From assembly GCA_002269645.1 (NCBI GenBank), contig NIVC01000105.1, positions 287,992 to 351,991 of the forward strand: 64,000 nt of DNA, written 5' to 3'. Each line of letters begins with the position of its first letter. Position 1 is the first letter of the stretch. Under the pieces are notes generated by a model. It saw only the letters and a program-made list of their open reading frames with translations, did no database searches and was not told the origin of the DNA. Made by a program: the position numbers and the translations under genes. This document shows positions 60,905 through 64,000 of the stretch, piece by piece. This DNA comes from Macrostomum lignano (lineage: Eukaryota).

Positions 60905-61450
60905 AGTTTGGAGCCAAAATTACCTCATACACGTTTGGCGCCAAAATTACCTCATACACGTTTGGCGCTAAAATTACCTCATCATACACGTTTGGCGCTA
61001 AAATTACCCCATACACGTTTGGCGCTAAAATTATCTCATAATACACGTTTGGCGCTAAAATTACCCCATACACGTTTGGCGCCAAAATTACCTCATAATA
61101 CACGTTTGGCGCCAAAGTTACCCCATACACGTTTGGCGCCAAAATTACCTCATCATACACGTTTGGCGCCAAAGTTACCCCATACACGTTTGGCGCCAAA
61201 ATTACCTCTTATACGTTTAGCGCTAAAATTACCTCATCATACACTTTTGGCGCCAAAATTACCTCATCATACACGTTTGGCGCCAAAATTACCTCATCAT
61301 ACACGTTTGGCGCCAAAATTACCTCATCATACACGTTTGGCACCAAAAGTACCTCATACAAATTTGGCGCCAAAATTATCTCACACACGTTTGGCGCCGA
61401 GATTACCTCATGGCGCCAAAAATATGTCTAATGGCGCCGCCAAAAAACAA
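60905..61450. repeat. Intronic minisatellite, 27-30-bp unit CATACACGTTTGGCGCCAAAATTACCT
   Basis: About 19 copies; contains the palindrome TTTGGCGCCAAA. Confidence 0.95.
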
Positions 61451-61511
61451 TACCAGAAACACGCGCTCCTTGCTACTATCCATTATTAAATGATAATCTT
61501 TGATTTCATAG

Positions 61512-61713
61512 CAAGTTTCCGTATCCAACATGACAGACATGGGCACCCGCCCAGAATCAGCGTTTGCAAATCTGAACTCTGTTGTCAGCGTGCACCTGTC
61601 AATCGTTGGCTTGTTCTGGACTCATCTGTGCAATGAGGAAGCCCGACGGCACGACTGGTCGCCTGAACTGCTGCAGCAGAGTCACGAGCTCCGGCTGTCG
61701 GTGCGGCTGGCTG
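61512..61713 (+). CDS. Nuclear receptor exon (LBD helices 9-10)
   Basis: Acceptor TTTCATAG|CAA; ...PELLQQSHELRLSVRLA; donor G|GTGAGC (phase 1). Confidence 0.75.
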
Positions 61714-61744
61714 GTGAGCACTTTGACTGCTTGGGGCTTTGGTT

Positions 61745-62320
61745 GCTGGGCTTCAGATCCTCACTTGCTGGGCCTCAGATCCTCACTTGCTGGGCCTCAG
61801 ATCCTCACTTGCTGGGCCTCAGATCCTCACTTGCTGGGCCTCAGATCCTCACTTGCTGGGCCTCAGATCCTCACTTGCTGGGCCTCAGATCCTCACTTGC
61901 TGGGCCTCAGATCCTCACTTGCTGGGCCTCAGATCCTCACTTGCTGGGCCTCAGATCCTCACTTGCTGGGCCTCAGATCCTCACTTGCTGGGCCTCAGAT
62001 CCTCAGTTGCTGGGCCTCAGATTCTCACTTGCTGGGCCTCAGATTCTCACTTGCTGGGCCTCAGATCCTCAGTTGCTGGGCCAGCCTCCCAGATCCTCAC
62101 TTGCTGGGCCTCAGATCCTCAGTTGCTGGGCCAGCCTCCCAGATTCTCACTTGCTGGGCCTCAGATCCTCAGTTGCTGGGCCAGCCTCCCAGATCCTCAC
62201 TTGCTGGGCCTCAGATCCTCAGTTGCTGGGCCAGACTCCCAGATCCTCACTTGCTGGGCCTCAGATCCTCAGTTGCTGGGCCAGCCTCCCAGATTCTCAC
62301 TTGCTGGGCCAGCCTCCCAG
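61745..62320. repeat. Intronic minisatellite mixing 22-bp (CTCAGATCCTCACTTGCTGGGC) and 28-bp units
   Basis: The 28-bp unit is the reverse complement of the unit at 2700..3345. Confidence 0.96.
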
Positions 62321-62378
62321 ATCCCCATTCCAAGAAACGAATGCAGTACATTTCGCCGCCACCCAATCCATGCCGCAG

Positions 62379-62626
62379 CCATCAAGCGCCTGTTCCGCCT
62401 GGCAGCCGTATTCAGCCTGCTATTGGACATCAACAGCTTGAGCAGTGACACTTTCGTCTTAATGGAATCCCAAATTAATAGGATTGCATTTTGCGACGAG
62501 GATAGTAGTTCGTTGGGTGAGAGTTCCGACTCGTCGGAAATACTACTGCCCAATGGGGTGAGTAATGGGCAATTTCGCCAGCTCCCTCAGCACCAACAGC
62601 AGCTGCATCTTCAGAATTGGTGGTAG
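62379..62626 (+). CDS. Nuclear receptor terminal exon (acceptor uncertain)
   Basis: Acceptor ATGCCGCAG|CC is phase-compatible with the long frame AIKRLFRLAAVFSLLLD...QHQQQLHLQNWW*. Alternative acceptors at 62313 (same frame) or 62335 (stop at 62441) cannot be excluded. Confidence 0.55.
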
Positions 62627-63721
62627 TCCAACATCCCAGGCATGTGAGCGAGTTTTAATTCAAGTAAACAAATTTTAATGTAGTGCCCGCGTAATGCTAC
62701 TGATCTTGTTAGTAGGTGAATTGCGCATTGTGAGCTCAATATCTGTGTTAGTGTAAGATTTCTTTGTTTTATTTCTCTGTACGATGTACAAAGGAATGAA
62801 AGTTAAAGTATGCTTTAGTATTTGTATACTACTTGTGCTTGCTATATCATTTTAGGTATTGTTAGTATTCGTTATTACATGTAGTGCGCTGTAAAACAAA
62901 TGTAATTGTGCTTTTTTGTCCACCTGTTTTATTTTCTTTTGCTCTCTGCTTTTTGGTTAATTTTTTCACCGTTTGAGCCTCAACTATTTGTTTTTGTAAA
63001 CCTTGTCTTCAGTTGGTAACTGGTTGTCCCTAACTTTATAAAATTTAATATTATCTTAGAAATGAATTCTTAGAATACCGACATTGCTGGTTACCAGCCC
63101 AACTAGTCTATTAACAAGGATGATCATTTTCATTGGCTTACGAATATTATAGAGTTTTTGTATTGCGTTTAAAATATTAAAGTTTATTGTTATATAAATT
63201 GTTATGTATTCTAGACATTGTCTGTGTCAATTGTTTGTCCACTCAGATCCAAATTGCTTTCTGATTTCATGTTTTTTTTCTTGCCTACTATTATGTTTTA
63301 TCTAAACTTTTCTACTACTTTTCAAACATTTGTGCTGTGCGTTTTAAACTCTTTGTTTTGGATTTTACGCGTCCAATATTCCCTATAGAGAACCTGTCCA
63401 AACCATGTGATTTTGTTTTATTTCATTTTTATTTACTTTTTCTGTTGCAATTTAAACCCCCATCCTGTGTCGCTTTCTGTAATTTATGTGCCATAATTTA
63501 TCAATTTCCTTAATTGTTCATTTGTTTGTTTGTGAGTCCGAGAAAATAACAAAGCAGAAGTTCTCAGAAAAAAATAAATCATAACTTTTAATGAAATTTT
63601 CCACTTTAAAAGTCGTAAAGTTGCAGTTTTAAAAAAAATTTAACCAGAGACTGAAGCCTCTGACATTGATCTTGCCTGCTTTTCTCATACCACTTGTGCG
63701 ACTATTTACAGTGTGTATGAA

Positions 63722-63860
63722 GTCCATTTTACAGCTGGGTGAACTGAAGCAATGCACAGTTTATTATCTTGCTCAAGGACACTAATTGTTCCGAGTGGGT
63801 CGAGCTTCGAACCCCCAACCTTCAAGTCGTGAGTCTGACGCTTTTACCAACTAGGCTGCA
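63722..63860 (-). mobile_element. tRNA-derived CORE-type SINE
   Basis: Minus strand shows A box TAGTTGG, tRNA-Met/Lys-like arm GCGTCAGACTCACGACTTGAAGG, B box GGTTCGAAGC, then GTGTCCTTGAGCAAG...CCCAGCTGTAAAATGG resembling the MIR/CORE domain. Confidence 0.8.
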
Positions 63861-64000
63861 ATTAACCTCTTTGATTAAACTGTTCTCGGTACGACTGTGC
63901 ATGGTGCTTCCAAATCCACCAGTTATAGCCATAGAGTATAGCCACGCGACCACCTCTGTGTGGGCATTCTATAGAAATCAAGGGCACAAAAGCGCGCGGA

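Noticed and set aside
61530-62441. 303-aa ORF reading from a receptor exon through the last intron (possible functional intron retention)
   Set aside because: All three frames are open across this GC-rich repeat, so read-through is expected by chance; there is a strong donor at 61714.

Overview
Eukaryotic (animal) genomic DNA with GC-rich exons, AT-rich spacers and introns packed with 13-50 bp minisatellites. This architecture resembles Macrostomum-type flatworm genomes, but the organism is an inference. Four spliced genes can be reconstructed with frame-consistent GT-AG junctions: (1) an SLC35A-type UDP-sugar transporter (minus, 3 coding exons, 8594-3490); (2) a voltage-gated Ca2+ channel beta subunit (plus, at least 7 exons, 14900-23961, start exon not found); (3) a DEG/ENaC channel with FaNaC-like features (minus, 3 exons, 33862-29768); (4) a nuclear receptor with an atypical second zinc finger (plus, 7 coding exons, 43500-62626). 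Mobile DNA includes TIR MITEs with target-site duplications, a heavily C>T/G>A-mutated mariner relic, an internally deleted Ty3/gypsy element and tRNA-derived CORE-type SINEs. Most striking observations: all 16 long introns carry a minisatellite; one 28-bp unit occurs at two loci 59 kb apart; one array is an amplified SINE head; a five-exon antisense ORF not visible in the ORF track sits inside a nuclear-receptor intron; and a four-copy conserved non-coding unit lies at 37.3-39.0 kb. Most long ORFs in the supplied track are artefacts of stop-free repeats. All coordinates were read by hand; array boundaries are approximate.
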